From Candidatus Helarchaeota archaeon (GTDB taxonomy: Archaea; Asgardarchaeota; Lokiarchaeia; Helarchaeales; RDOG01): DNA of 64,000 nt. The notes below the pieces were generated by a model that saw only the letters and a list, made by a program, of their open reading frames with translations, was not told the origin of the DNA and ran no database searches. Of this stretch, positions 1 to 9,486 are shown piece by piece; position 1 is the first letter of the stretch; every line of letters begins with the position of its first letter. The stretch spans positions 945,432 to 1,009,431 of the forward strand of contig JAHPZH010000001.1 of assembly GCA_019058315.1 (NCBI GenBank). The letters are read 5' to 3'. The position numbers were made by a program, and so were the translations under genes.

Positions 1-549
1 AATTCAAAAATAATTTTAGTTGCACTATTATTTTTTGGGACTTTATTAGCAATTTTTAGTACCGGTGTTTTTCTAACTTATGCAAGGGAACACATTTTTA
101 TGAATAATTTAAGAAATCTTTTTCAAGCTATTTTTGATACTTTACAGTCAAGTAAAAAGTTTCAAACTCCAGAAAATAAAGCCCATTTATTTAATATCTG
201 TATTTTTAATTTCTATTATACTAATTTTTTATTACTTTTTAGTCCCCAAAGTATATTTTCTATGATTTTTAGCTTTATCCCAAATATTGGAATAATTGAT
301 GTTGTGATTGGATATAGTCTAATATTGTTTTCTTCAATGAATTTGATTTTTTATAAGTTCAATTTATCTAAAATTTTTTCTAACCCTTTTGATCCTCAAG
401 TTTTGTTTGCAGCAAATTCTATTGCTATTCCATTCACCTTGATAGGGTATTTTCTTGAAAATATGTTTATTTTTGGATTTTGTGGATTATATTGGGCTTT
501 AATGTGTTTTTATATTATTAATTTAATTCCTTTTAGAAATAAACCATAA
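1..549 (+). CDS. Multi-pass membrane protein, 5'-truncated by the window edge
   Basis: Frame is open from base 1 (NSKIILVALLFFGTLLAIF...) into the 100..549 ORF; several hydrophobic segments. Confidence 0.7.
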   Translation, partial: NSKIILVALLFFGTLLAIFSTGVFLTYAREHIFMNNLRNLFQAIFDTLQSSKKFQTPENKAHLFNICIFNFYYTNFLLLFSPQSIFSMIFSFIPNIGIIDVVIGYSLILFSSMNLIFYKFNLSKIFSNPFDPQVLFAANSIAIPFTLIGYFLENMFIFGFCGLYWALMCFYIINLIPFRNKP

Positions 550-576
550 ATTAAAAATATTTTTAGAGGAAAATGA

Positions 577-1356
577 TTAATCTTTATACTCCCAACGCCC
601 AGTAAAACCTTTTTTTAATTCAAATTTAATGAGCCCAGGTGGATAATCCAAATTAAAAAATCTATATCTAAAAAATATGGTTTTTTTATTTTTAAAAACA
701 TTAGAAATGCGGACACCATATCCAAACATATGTTCTGTGGGATCAAATTTAATATTCCAAGTATCGAAGATTACTTCACCTTGAGGTGAAATAACCGCAA
801 AATTATCTGAGTGAATTATATAAAAATAATCCTCTAATTCTACAACCCCCGAACAATGACCGTTAAGTGTAAAATGAATACATTTACCGTTTCGATCTTC
901 CAGATATCCTTTTTGACTATCAACAACTAAAGTTAAATTATCTGATTTTACTATAGTTTTATAACCCCCTGCATTCCCGTAAGCTTTGTATCCAGATATC
1001 GTTTCAGGATTTTTATCTAAATTATCTAAATCTTTCAACGACTCATCTAAAGGTATGGTTTCTATAAAAAATCTTTTTTCAAGAACTTCTCTTTTTCTAT
1101 TTTGAAATTCAGGAAGTTTTCCTTTCATTGATAGCTTGACAACATTTATTACTTCATCTAAGATTTTTTGACCAAAGGTCTCCAAAATTAGATCTTGAAA
1201 TCTCCCATTTAAAAATTCTTTATATGAAGCAGCTCCTGCCATATCAGACATCCCAGTTCCATAATTATGACCAACTACTACTTCTTTGTAAGTAACATAA
1301 ACGTATTCAGTAAGGCGACCATCTTTTTTTTCCCAAGATGTCTTCAGTTTAGACAT
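577..1356 (-). CDS. Hypothetical protein, paralog of 1876..2646
   Basis: Shares KEFLxG, NAG...KSDN, VVELxDxFYIxHSxNFAVxSPxGE and PGLIKxELKxGxTGRWE with 1876..2646; GGAG SD upstream. Confidence 0.8.
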   Translation of the reverse strand: MSKLKTSWEKKDGRLTEYVYVTYKEVVVGHNYGTGMSDMAGAASYKEFLNGRFQDLILETFGQKILDEVINVVKLSMKGKLPEFQNRKREVLEKRFFIETIPLDESLKDLDNLDKNPETISGYKAYGNAGGYKTIVKSDNLTLVVDSQKGYLEDRNGKCIHFTLNGHCSGVVELEDYFYIIHSDNFAVISPQGEVIFDTWNIKFDPTEHMFGYGVRISNVFKNKKTIFFRYRFFNLDYPPGLIKFELKKGFTGRWEYKD

Positions 1357-1437
1357 CTCCTATGAATTGATTAGAAAATCAAATAGAAATAGGTTCAAAA
1401 TAAAAATAGAAAGTAAGTTTGGCAATTTGCCTTCTTT

Positions 1438-1722
1438 TTATTTGAATTTTAAAGTTATTTCGATTGTACTTACGCTAAATGTTCCTCTATCCCTACTTTG
1501 AAGTTCTTGTGTTCCAATTTCAATTTTATCGAGAGTAACTTGATCTTTCAAAAACCTATTTCTACAAATTTCTGCAACATCAACAGCTTTAGTAATAGCT
1601 CTACCTCTAGCTTTAATAATTATGTCTTTAGATCCGGATTGAACAGCTGTTACACATGCTAAAACATAATTCATAGTATTTTTTTTACCTATATAGATAG
1701 AATTATCTCTTTCATCACTCAA
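1438..1722 (-). CDS. albA: DNA/RNA-binding protein Alba
   Basis: IYIGKKNTMNYVLA, IIKARGRAITKAVDVAEI and VSTIEITL are Alba signatures; GGAGG SD, TTG start. Confidence 0.96.
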   Translation of the reverse strand: MSDERDNSIYIGKKNTMNYVLACVTAVQSGSKDIIIKARGRAITKAVDVAEICRNRFLKDQVTLDKIEIGTQELQSRDRGTFSVSTIEITLKFK

Positions 1723-1875
1723 TCTATTCTGCCTCCTAATTTAAGATTACACCCATTTTAAAATTCCTAATTTTAGCTCAGTTCTATGTTTTTTAGAATT
1801 ATCAAAGGATTTTTGGTATATTCTTGTATATTCATTATTATATATATAATATACTTAAATTCAAATACAATTAAT

Positions 1876-2646
1876 TTATTCCCACCTGCCAGTTAAACCT
1901 AGTTTCAATTCGTATTTAATCAATCCAGGTTTATAATAATTTCTATCCCAAATATATCTAAAAAAGATCATGTTTTTATTTTTGTAAACATTATCAATGG
2001 AGAATCGATAATCAAATAAATGATTTAATGGGTCTAAAGGAAGTTTTGGGTCCAATTTATAAAAGTATGTATCAGAAATTATCTCTCCTTCTGGTGAAAC
2101 AACTGCAAAATTGTTAGAATGAACTATATAAAAAAAATCATTTAATTCGACAACTGCTTGAATATAACCTTTAAGCTTAAAGGGAAATTTTTCACCATTA
2201 ATGTTTTCTAAACACGGTCCATCAAATTCTAGAATTAATTTAAAATTATCTGATTTTAAAAGGATATTTCCACTTCCAGCATTGCTTAAATTTAAATTAC
2301 CGTCCTCAGTATCTTTATGTTTTAGTATTTTCTTCATAGAAGTGTCTCTTGGAATTTGTTCCAAAAAGAATTTTCTTATTAACATTTTTTCTTTTTCCCT
2401 TTGAAAAGGGGGATAATTTGGGGCTTCTTTTACAGAAGCAATGACTTCATTTAATACGTCTTCCCCAAAATCCATTTTAATTCCTAATTGTAATTTTCCA
2501 TCTAAAAATTCTTTATGAGTACATGTGCTTTCAAACCAAGATCTTCCCCCCTCATAGAAAGATCTAGTTATTATATGGCTAAATGTAACGTCTATTTCAA
2601 GCCAATCTACATCTTTATGTATTATTTTTTTCCAATCTGTTTTCAT
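1876..2646 (-). CDS. Hypothetical protein, paralog of 577..1356
   Basis: Full-length motif similarity to 577..1356. Confidence 0.8.
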   Translation of the reverse strand: MKTDWKKIIHKDVDWLEIDVTFSHIITRSFYEGGRSWFESTCTHKEFLDGKLQLGIKMDFGEDVLNEVIASVKEAPNYPPFQREKEKMLIRKFFLEQIPRDTSMKKILKHKDTEDGNLNLSNAGSGNILLKSDNFKLILEFDGPCLENINGEKFPFKLKGYIQAVVELNDFFYIVHSNNFAVVSPEGEIISDTYFYKLDPKLPLDPLNHLFDYRFSIDNVYKNKNMIFFRYIWDRNYYKPGLIKYELKLGLTGRWE

Positions 2647-2763
2647 GATGTGTCAAATTAAAAAATGGAATTATAAAATGATAATTAATAAAATCTTATA
2701 ACCTAAAAAGTTAAATGATTCTATCCTTATATAAATTAAAACAAGATATCTCTTCAGAATTTT

Positions 2764-3720
2764 GTGATATACATGACTTTGAGTCAAAATTCTCTATTAC
2801 GAGCAATTTCTATAGATAATATTAAAAGAGCAATTCCATTAGGTATGGGGCAATTAAAAAGACATTTGATAAAAGTTCCCTTTGCAGTTAATTATGATCT
2901 TACTTACAAATGTAATTTAAAATGTGAGCATTGTTACTTTTTTTCATCAGTAGAAGAAAAAAGACGTGAAAATGCATTACGACCAGAATTAACAGATCCA
3001 CAATGGCTTGAAGTCTTTAAATATCACCGCTCTCGAGGTATTACATCCGCTGCAATTACAGGTGGAGAACCAACTTTAAGAATGAATTTACTCCATGAAG
3101 CAGTAAAAATTTTTCCTAGAATTCAAATTGCTACTAATGGAATCATTAAGATTCCTAGATTTCCTGGAAATAAGCAACCTCTAATTTGGACATCAATTGA
3201 TGGTCGTCCAGAGACACATAACGCTATTCGTGGAGCAGAGATTTATGATCGAGTTATTGAAAATATACGTGATGATAAACGTGTGTTAATTTCTACTACA
3301 TTGACTACTTCAAATTATGATGAAATTGAAGATATTGTCAAAGAAACGATAAAATCTAATGTTGCTGGAATTTTTTTCCTCTTTTATACTGGTTATCCAA
3401 AAGATCCTTTACTATTAAAAGGAAAATATCTTCGAAAAGCTATTCAATCAATTTCTAAAGTTATGAATGAATATGAAGATTTTATAGTGATTTCTAAAAT
3501 GATGATACAATGTTATATTACCAAGGCTCACGTATCGGATTGTATCTTTAAAAATGGTGGTGTCCAATCTTTCTATCCTAATGGTGAAAAAAAATTCTGC
3601 GTTATGGGAAATAGTCCATTATTATGCGCCAATTGCGGTTGTATAGTTCCAGTTGCTTCTCATTGTATAAGTAAATTTGATCCTGAGACAATTGAAAAAT
3701 TAAAAAAATTCCCTTTTTAA
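2764..3720 (+). CDS. Radical SAM protein
   Basis: CNLKCEHC cluster motif, ITGGEP, ATNG, SIDG; C-terminal cysteines (CANCGC). Confidence 0.9.
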   Translation: MIYMTLSQNSLLRAISIDNIKRAIPLGMGQLKRHLIKVPFAVNYDLTYKCNLKCEHCYFFSSVEEKRRENALRPELTDPQWLEVFKYHRSRGITSAAITGGEPTLRMNLLHEAVKIFPRIQIATNGIIKIPRFPGNKQPLIWTSIDGRPETHNAIRGAEIYDRVIENIRDDKRVLISTTLTTSNYDEIEDIVKETIKSNVAGIFFLFYTGYPKDPLLLKGKYLRKAIQSISKVMNEYEDFIVISKMMIQCYITKAHVSDCIFKNGGVQSFYPNGEKKFCVMGNSPLLCANCGCIVPVASHCISKFDPETIEKLKKFPF

Positions 3721-3759
3721 GAAAATTAAAACTTTTATATAATAAAGAAATTAAAAAAA

Positions 3760-4464
3760 ATGACTTTTGACTTTATAGCTCCCGGAATTCAATTGGTAGG
3801 GCGTTTCGGGCGTTTAAAAACCGGCATTTGGCTCCTTAAATATAAATCTGAATGTATGCTATTGGAAATGCCAGATCAATCAGATAAAGATCCATTTCGT
3901 AATCCTTGGGATCGAATAGCTAAGTATATTGAACAAGAAAATTTACACCTTAAATTCATGACTGCAACACATTCTCATACTGACCACTTCGATACTTATC
4001 CAAATTTTCATAATAGATTTCCAAAGGTGCCAATCGTTGTTAATAGGCTATTTTTTCATAAATATAATTTGATTAGTTTCATAAAACCTGAAGATTTGGA
4101 TATTATTGGGAATATTAATGCCTCTATTGAAATAGAAGGTGTCCCGATATATTGTTTTAATGAAAAATGTTTTGAGACCAACCTAGAAGGCGAACAACTT
4201 TTTTTAATCCGTGCACCTAAACATAGTTGGAGCGATACTATGGTTATATTTCGAGGTTGCATTATTTCAGGTGACTGGTGGATTGGACCTGGTGATCCTA
4301 ATAGAAATATGATACCCCTAAAAACTATAAATGAATCAATTGATTTTTTAGAGGCATTTATTCATAAAAAAAATTATCATATTCACTCTTTATTTTCTGT
4401 TCATGCAAATGAGTTTCGATATGGAATAGATTTTATTGAACTAATGGAACAAACTCGCCCTTAA
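3760..4464 (+). CDS. Metallo-beta-lactamase-fold hydrolase
   Basis: THSHTDH (HxHxDH) motif, later H (PKHS), SGD and a terminal H. Confidence 0.85.
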   Translation: MTFDFIAPGIQLVGRFGRLKTGIWLLKYKSECMLLEMPDQSDKDPFRNPWDRIAKYIEQENLHLKFMTATHSHTDHFDTYPNFHNRFPKVPIVVNRLFFHKYNLISFIKPEDLDIIGNINASIEIEGVPIYCFNEKCFETNLEGEQLFLIRAPKHSWSDTMVIFRGCIISGDWWIGPGDPNRNMIPLKTINESIDFLEAFIHKKNYHIHSLFSVHANEFRYGIDFIELMEQTRP

Positions 4465-4817
4465 TGATGATGGGAATGTGGAACAGGATGCCCCCCGGCT
4501 ATTATAAATGCGACTTCTTCTTCGGTTGTGTTCTCGATTTTTAGTTTTAAACCTTCCCTTAAAAAAAATGCATCACCTTTTTTCAATATTACCTCAATCC
4601 CATCTATCTTTAATTTCATTATCCCATTTAATGGCATAATAATTTCTTCATGGGCTTCACCTGAAGTATAATCTCTAATTTCTTTTGGATCTAGGTATGC
4701 ATAACCTAGATAGACATCTTTAATATCATTATTCAATAAAGCTCCGTAATAAAATTCCTTTTTTGGAGATTTTTTGCATTCCTCAATTATATTGATTTTT
4801 ATAACTTCCACCTCCAT
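4461..4817 (-). CDS. Cupin-domain protein
   Basis: HEEIIMPLNGxMxLxIDG...LKKGDAFFL...IENT cupin beta-barrel pattern. Confidence 0.75.
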   Translation of the reverse strand: MEVEVIKINIIEECKKSPKKEFYYGALLNNDIKDVYLGYAYLDPKEIRDYTSGEAHEEIIMPLNGIMKLKIDGIEVILKKGDAFFLREGLKLKIENTTEEEVAFIIAGGHPVPHSHHH

Positions 4818-4819
4818 AA

Positions 4820-4990
4820 TTATATTTCTTCTTCTTCATCCTCTACTTCATATTCTATAAAGATTTCATAAGTACCACATTTAGGGCATTTTATATCGTC
4901 TAAAGGTGTTCCATCCTCGAATTCAAAATGAAAATCACACACTTTACAATAAAATGCAATTGTTTCTTTTTCATTATTGGATTCAGTCAT
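4820..4990 (-). CDS. 56-aa Zn-ribbon microprotein (absent from the ORF track)
   Basis: Manual translation MTESNNEKETIAFYCKVCDFHFEFEDGTPLDDIKCPKCGTYEIFIEYEVEDEEEEI*; GAGG SD; stop lies 2 nt before the cupin start. Confidence 0.8.
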   Translation of the reverse strand: MTESNNEKETIAFYCKVCDFHFEFEDGTPLDDIKCPKCGTYEIFIEYEVEDEEEEI

Positions 4991-5111
4991 TTATTATTCC
5001 TCATACGATTGATTATAATAAATTTACTTAAAAAAAATAAAATTAAAAATGACGCTGACATAAATATTTCTAATTAAAATATAAGTTTTCAAATTATGAA
5101 GGATTGATAAA

Positions 5112-6014
5112 ATGCTTAAAAATATTACAATTTTTGGGGAAAAATTAACTTATTTGGATAAAGATTATGCAATAGCCTTTAAAAATCCAGATTTCTTACC
5201 TAAATTTCTCCGAGATGTGGATGAGGAAATGACTACAAGGGGATATTATGAAAAAGAAACAGTTATTAACTTATTAACTTTAAAAATTATCTGTTATAAA
5301 ATTAAAGATCCTTATCCACTATTCTTAGGCTTAACATTTGACGATTCAGCTGATCCTGAAAAAATCTTTGAACGAGTTCAAGATTTAATTGACATTACAT
5401 TAGATTACATCGAAAAAACAGATTCATTATATGAAGTTCATAATCCACAAGCTTTAGAGTCAGATTGTGATGAAATCACTAAAGAATTTTTAATGATTAG
5501 ACCTCCCAAAATTAGCATTATTGGTGCTGAGGGAGTAGGAAAAACAAGTATTTGTGAAATGTTAAAGAGCGGAATTCTTCCGGATGAAGGTATATACCCA
5601 TTTACAATAGAAAAATATTATGCACAATTATTTGATATACCAATAACTATTTGGGATGTAAAAATTACCGATGACTGGCGTGCTTCCTCTAAATATATTC
5701 TTGGCTCCGACGGAGTTATAATAGTTCTTGATTCAACTCTACAAAATGCGAGATATAGTAAAGCATTACTTGAAATGACAGAAGAAGTAATACCACACGC
5801 TGAAGTTTTAGTTGTTGCAAACAAGCAAGATGTTGAAGGTGCTTTGACTCCGGAAGACCTAGAAGAAATTCTTAATTGTAAAGTATTTCCATTCGATGCT
5901 AGTAAATTTGAAAACCAAAAGAAAATTCAAATTCAAGCTGCAAAACTGCTAGAAATAAAAGCATCAGAAATTGATTATTCTGAAGAAGATTATATAATTC
6001 AACGTACTGATTAA
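5112..6014 (+). CDS. Ras-superfamily (Arf/Rag-like) small GTPase with an N-terminal longin-like domain
   Basis: G1 GAEGVGKT, G4 NKQD, G5-like DAS; G3 reads WDVK; ~130-aa alpha/beta N-terminal extension. Confidence 0.8.
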   Translation: MLKNITIFGEKLTYLDKDYAIAFKNPDFLPKFLRDVDEEMTTRGYYEKETVINLLTLKIICYKIKDPYPLFLGLTFDDSADPEKIFERVQDLIDITLDYIEKTDSLYEVHNPQALESDCDEITKEFLMIRPPKISIIGAEGVGKTSICEMLKSGILPDEGIYPFTIEKYYAQLFDIPITIWDVKITDDWRASSKYILGSDGVIIVLDSTLQNARYSKALLEMTEEVIPHAEVLVVANKQDVEGALTPEDLEEILNCKVFPFDASKFENQKKIQIQAAKLLEIKASEIDYSEEDYIIQRTD

Positions 6015-6056
6015 CTAGCTAAAAGATAAAAAAATTAGGAGTAGTAAGAATTCTCC

Positions 6057-6797
6057 CTAATATTTATTATTAAATCGATCAAGATGGACAAAATCACTTA
6101 ATTCTCTGCGATATTTCGTGCCATATTTACCATATTTACCTTCATATCCCAGTCTGAAAATAAGCATCAATTTATATCCTTGATTTTCAGGAATTTTTAA
6201 GATTTTCATTATTTTTTTAACAGATTCAGGATTCATAAGTTGACCACTGATAAGCTGTGTACTTATACCGAGATCATTTGAAGCTAACCAGATGTTTTCC
6301 ATTACTGCCCCAATACTTAATATTCCCCATACATGTTTTAAGGGTCCTACACCAGGTTTATTTCTGTTATATATAACAAAGAGCAATACAGCAGAATTTT
6401 GAACCAGAATAGAATATAATTCCATCGATTTTTTCCAAAAGTTATCATCGGTGATTAACTTCGGATCATCTTTTAAATCATTTACAAATTTTGGTAAAAC
6501 ATCTATAAAGACACCATCTTTCTTTGATTCGAGCTCTTCTTTAGAATAACGAACCCAGTGAAAATGTTCATCTACATATTTTTTTGTTAATCGAAATCCA
6601 ACCATCGATAGTTCTTTAATTACATTACGATCTTTAACTACAATGATTTCAAATGGTTGTGAATTATGTGGTGTAGGTGCAAACCGTGCAGCTTCTAAAA
6701 TTTTTTTTAATTCAGAATCGGGAATTGGTTTATTATTAAAAAGCCATCTTGAACTTCTTCTAAATTTTACTAGCTCTTGAAAATCCATAATAGACAC
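6057..6797 (-). CDS. Nitroreductase-family protein
   Basis: RRSSR, ILEAARFAPTPHNSQPF, ENIWLA...LG motifs. Confidence 0.9.
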   Translation of the reverse strand: MSIMDFQELVKFRRSSRWLFNNKPIPDSELKKILEAARFAPTPHNSQPFEIIVVKDRNVIKELSMVGFRLTKKYVDEHFHWVRYSKEELESKKDGVFIDVLPKFVNDLKDDPKLITDDNFWKKSMELYSILVQNSAVLLFVIYNRNKPGVGPLKHVWGILSIGAVMENIWLASNDLGISTQLISGQLMNPESVKKIMKILKIPENQGYKLMLIFRLGYEGKYGKYGTKYRRELSDFVHLDRFNNKY

Positions 6798-6895
6798 TCC
6801 ATATTAAAATACTGTAGATTTAACTTTTTAGAAGTTTCATCACAGCCTAATTTCATTTTTTGTCTTACGCTTTCATAAATCCAATCAATACTCAT
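6770..6895 (-). pseudogene. Short ORF, probably an N-terminal remnant of a 4Fe-4S dicluster gene
   Basis: MSIDWIYESVRQKMKLG... resembles DYYELVREKLTLG at the start of 20166..21305, then similarity stops; purine-rich SD-like AGGGAGAAAGG upstream. Confidence 0.4.
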
Positions 6896-7042
6896 TTTTC
6901 CTTTCTCCCTTAGGAAATAATTATTATTTTTTTATGTTTCATACTTTAAAATTAGTAATTATAATTATGGATAATAATTTTTTGACAATTTAAAATGTTC
7001 AATATTTAAGTTTTATATCCAAATGAATATAATTTTGACTAA

Positions 7043-8137
7043 TTATGGAATGATTTCGCAGCCATTATATCGAAAGTATGAGAAATCTTCTAAATTTATT
7101 TTTTTATCATTAATCAATTTCTCAACTTCTGGTTTGATCCTTTGTAATTCTTTAATCAAATGTTTTACTGTTGAACAAACCATATTATAACCTTCCTCTC
7201 CCCAAGGTTTAGCGAAATTTGCATAAAGGCACCTACCCCCACAAATAGAATGAATTTCACAATCTAAACATGGCTGTTTTACATCTAAAGCATTTTCTAT
7301 TTCTTTATAATTAGATGTATTAATATTCCCAACTTGAAAAATTTCGAATTCAGAACAAACAGGACAAGCGGAAATAACACCATCAGTATTTATATTAAAC
7401 CAAATCCAACCAGAACCACATCGTAATTTAGAAGGTTCATGGTTTAAAAGGGATTCCATAATCGCAATAAAGGGATATAATTTTATTATCCTTTGTTCCT
7501 TTTTCATTTCTTCTAACCATTCATTTATAAGTCTTGTAATTTGAGGATTATAGCTTTTTTTTATCCAACATTCCAGATCTCGCCATTTTTCCCGTTCGTC
7601 AAACATCAGATTAAGTTGCCAATGTATAGAATCTATAAGTGGTCTTAGACCTAATAACCAATTAATAGCATCATAAATTTCTGTTTCTTCTGATATGGTC
7701 ATTCTGGCGATTAATTCTCCCTTGAAAAGTGGTCTAATTTTCTTTAAATTTTTAATAACTTTCCCATATGTGTTTTTTCCTCTATAAAAATTTGTTATTT
7801 TCTCATTTCCGTCAATTGAGACAAGAATAGTATGAAATTTCTTTAAAATTTCTGGTTTTAATTCCCCCAATAAAATTCCATTTGTTTGTAAGATAAATGC
7901 ATCTGCAGAAATATTATTCATGATTTCTTCCATTTTTTTCATTCTTAAAAGTGGTTCCCCACCGTAAAATAAAATAACAGGATGTGGATCTTTTTCGATG
8001 AACAATTTAAGATCTTTAATTTCATATTGTATCTCTTTAGGCAGTCGAGATAGCGAATAACCTCCTCCACAATATAAACAATTGAGATTGCATTTTAGGG
8101 TAAGAATCACATTATAAAACATATTAAATTTGACCAT
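7043..8137 (-). CDS. Radical SAM/SPASM protein, archaeal AF0577-like (TIGR04084-type)
   Basis: CNLNCLYC, FYGGEP; SPASM cysteines CGSG...ACPVC...CxxC...CGGRC; terminal GCEIIP. Confidence 0.85.
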   Translation of the reverse strand: MVKFNMFYNVILTLKCNLNCLYCGGGYSLSRLPKEIQYEIKDLKLFIEKDPHPVILFYGGEPLLRMKKMEEIMNNISADAFILQTNGILLGELKPEILKKFHTILVSIDGNEKITNFYRGKNTYGKVIKNLKKIRPLFKGELIARMTISEETEIYDAINWLLGLRPLIDSIHWQLNLMFDEREKWRDLECWIKKSYNPQITRLINEWLEEMKKEQRIIKLYPFIAIMESLLNHEPSKLRCGSGWIWFNINTDGVISACPVCSEFEIFQVGNINTSNYKEIENALDVKQPCLDCEIHSICGGRCLYANFAKPWGEEGYNMVCSTVKHLIKELQRIKPEVEKLINDKKINLEDFSYFRYNGCEIIP

Positions 8138-8172
8138 TATCGATTAGGTTTTAATAGTGGAATAAAATATGA

Positions 8173-9297
8173 TTAAAAACCCTTTAATTCGCGATTTGTT
8201 TCCTTTAGAATTCTTGCTGCCATTTCCAGAAGGTTTTTAAAAACTATTTCTCTCTCTTCTCGTTCTAATTTAATAATCTCTTGGGGACAATTCACCACAC
8301 ATATACCACAGCCCATACACTTACTTTTATCGATTACTGGACCTTCATCCTCCATTTGAATCGCTTTAAAATTACAATTTTGTATACAAGTTTCACATCT
8401 TGCACAGCTTTCTAAGTCGGTAATAGTGGCAAAAAAATTCGCTGCTGCAACCGCACGCGGATTATCCCATCTAGTAATACCACCTAATAAACTACAACAA
8501 CAATTACAACAATTACAAATTAAGCTATGTGCACCTTCTTGAAAATTTTCAGTCGTATGCACTAATCCCATCTGGTTAAATTCTTTTAATAATTTTTTAG
8601 CTTCTTCTTTAGTTATTTCGCGTGCACTTCCGCGTTCTATAAAAAATCTTGCGCCATCATTTACTCCAATACAAGATTCTAATGGATGATCACATTTTCT
8701 CGACCCTAGATACTCATATCGAGTTCTACATGCACATTTTTGAATGCTAATAATTTCTGCGTCTTCAACGATATTGATTACATCCTCATAAGGTAGGATT
8801 TTTTTAGTGGTGTCAACAGATTCTTGAACTGGAATTATACGTGTTAATGGTGTTTGGGGGGATCCTTCGAAATTTCTATACCATTCTTCATCAATTAAAA
8901 ATTTTAAACTTAATTCTGCTAATTTTTTTGCTTTTTCTTTAGGATATTTTTCATAACTCACTGGTGGAGCGTCAAACATCATAAAAGGCATATGAATTGC
9001 ATACTTTTTTGCACGAGATCCCATAACCATGACATTATCTTGTTTGATTAATCTTTCTAGAATCTCTTCTGCTTCTTCTTTTGATTTATTTATTTTTTTT
9101 GCAAATTTTTTTGCAGACATTACTGCAGGGAATACATCTAATTCAATTAAATATTTAACATCATTCGGATCTACAAGGACATGTAAGTATTCCTTCCAAG
9201 TCTCGCTAACATTATCTATTGTCCCTTGTTTGGATAAACCTTGAATAGCATTATCTAATTTCTTTATTAAAATATCATAATATTTTTCAGTTTCCAT
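8173..9297 (-). CDS. 4Fe-4S dicluster protein
   Basis: CACR, ICNCCNCCC, and two ferredoxin motifs CARCETCxxxC and CMGCGICxxxCP. Confidence 0.9.
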   Translation of the reverse strand: METEKYYDILIKKLDNAIQGLSKQGTIDNVSETWKEYLHVLVDPNDVKYLIELDVFPAVMSAKKFAKKINKSKEEAEEILERLIKQDNVMVMGSRAKKYAIHMPFMMFDAPPVSYEKYPKEKAKKLAELSLKFLIDEEWYRNFEGSPQTPLTRIIPVQESVDTTKKILPYEDVINIVEDAEIISIQKCACRTRYEYLGSRKCDHPLESCIGVNDGARFFIERGSAREITKEEAKKLLKEFNQMGLVHTTENFQEGAHSLICNCCNCCCSLLGGITRWDNPRAVAAANFFATITDLESCARCETCIQNCNFKAIQMEDEGPVIDKSKCMGCGICVVNCPQEIIKLEREEREIVFKNLLEMAARILKETNRELKGF

Positions 9298-9486
9298 TCA
9301 CTACACCTAAAATTAGATTTGATTTCATTTTATCATACTTAAAACATTCAACGTTATTTAATTTTTTCAAAATTAAAAGGTTAAATTCGAAATTAAGTTT
9401 TGCCTAAAAAAAAATCTTTTAAATGATAAAATGCATAAAATAAAAAAGCTTGATCTTAAAAATCAACTTTAAAAAAGTAAAATTAG

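Noticed and set aside
6057-8137. rSAM/SPASM plus nitroreductase as a full RiPP cluster
   Set aside because: No YcaO, RRE, peptidase or transporter gene, and the candidate peptide is better explained as a gene remnant; kept only as a low-score alternative.
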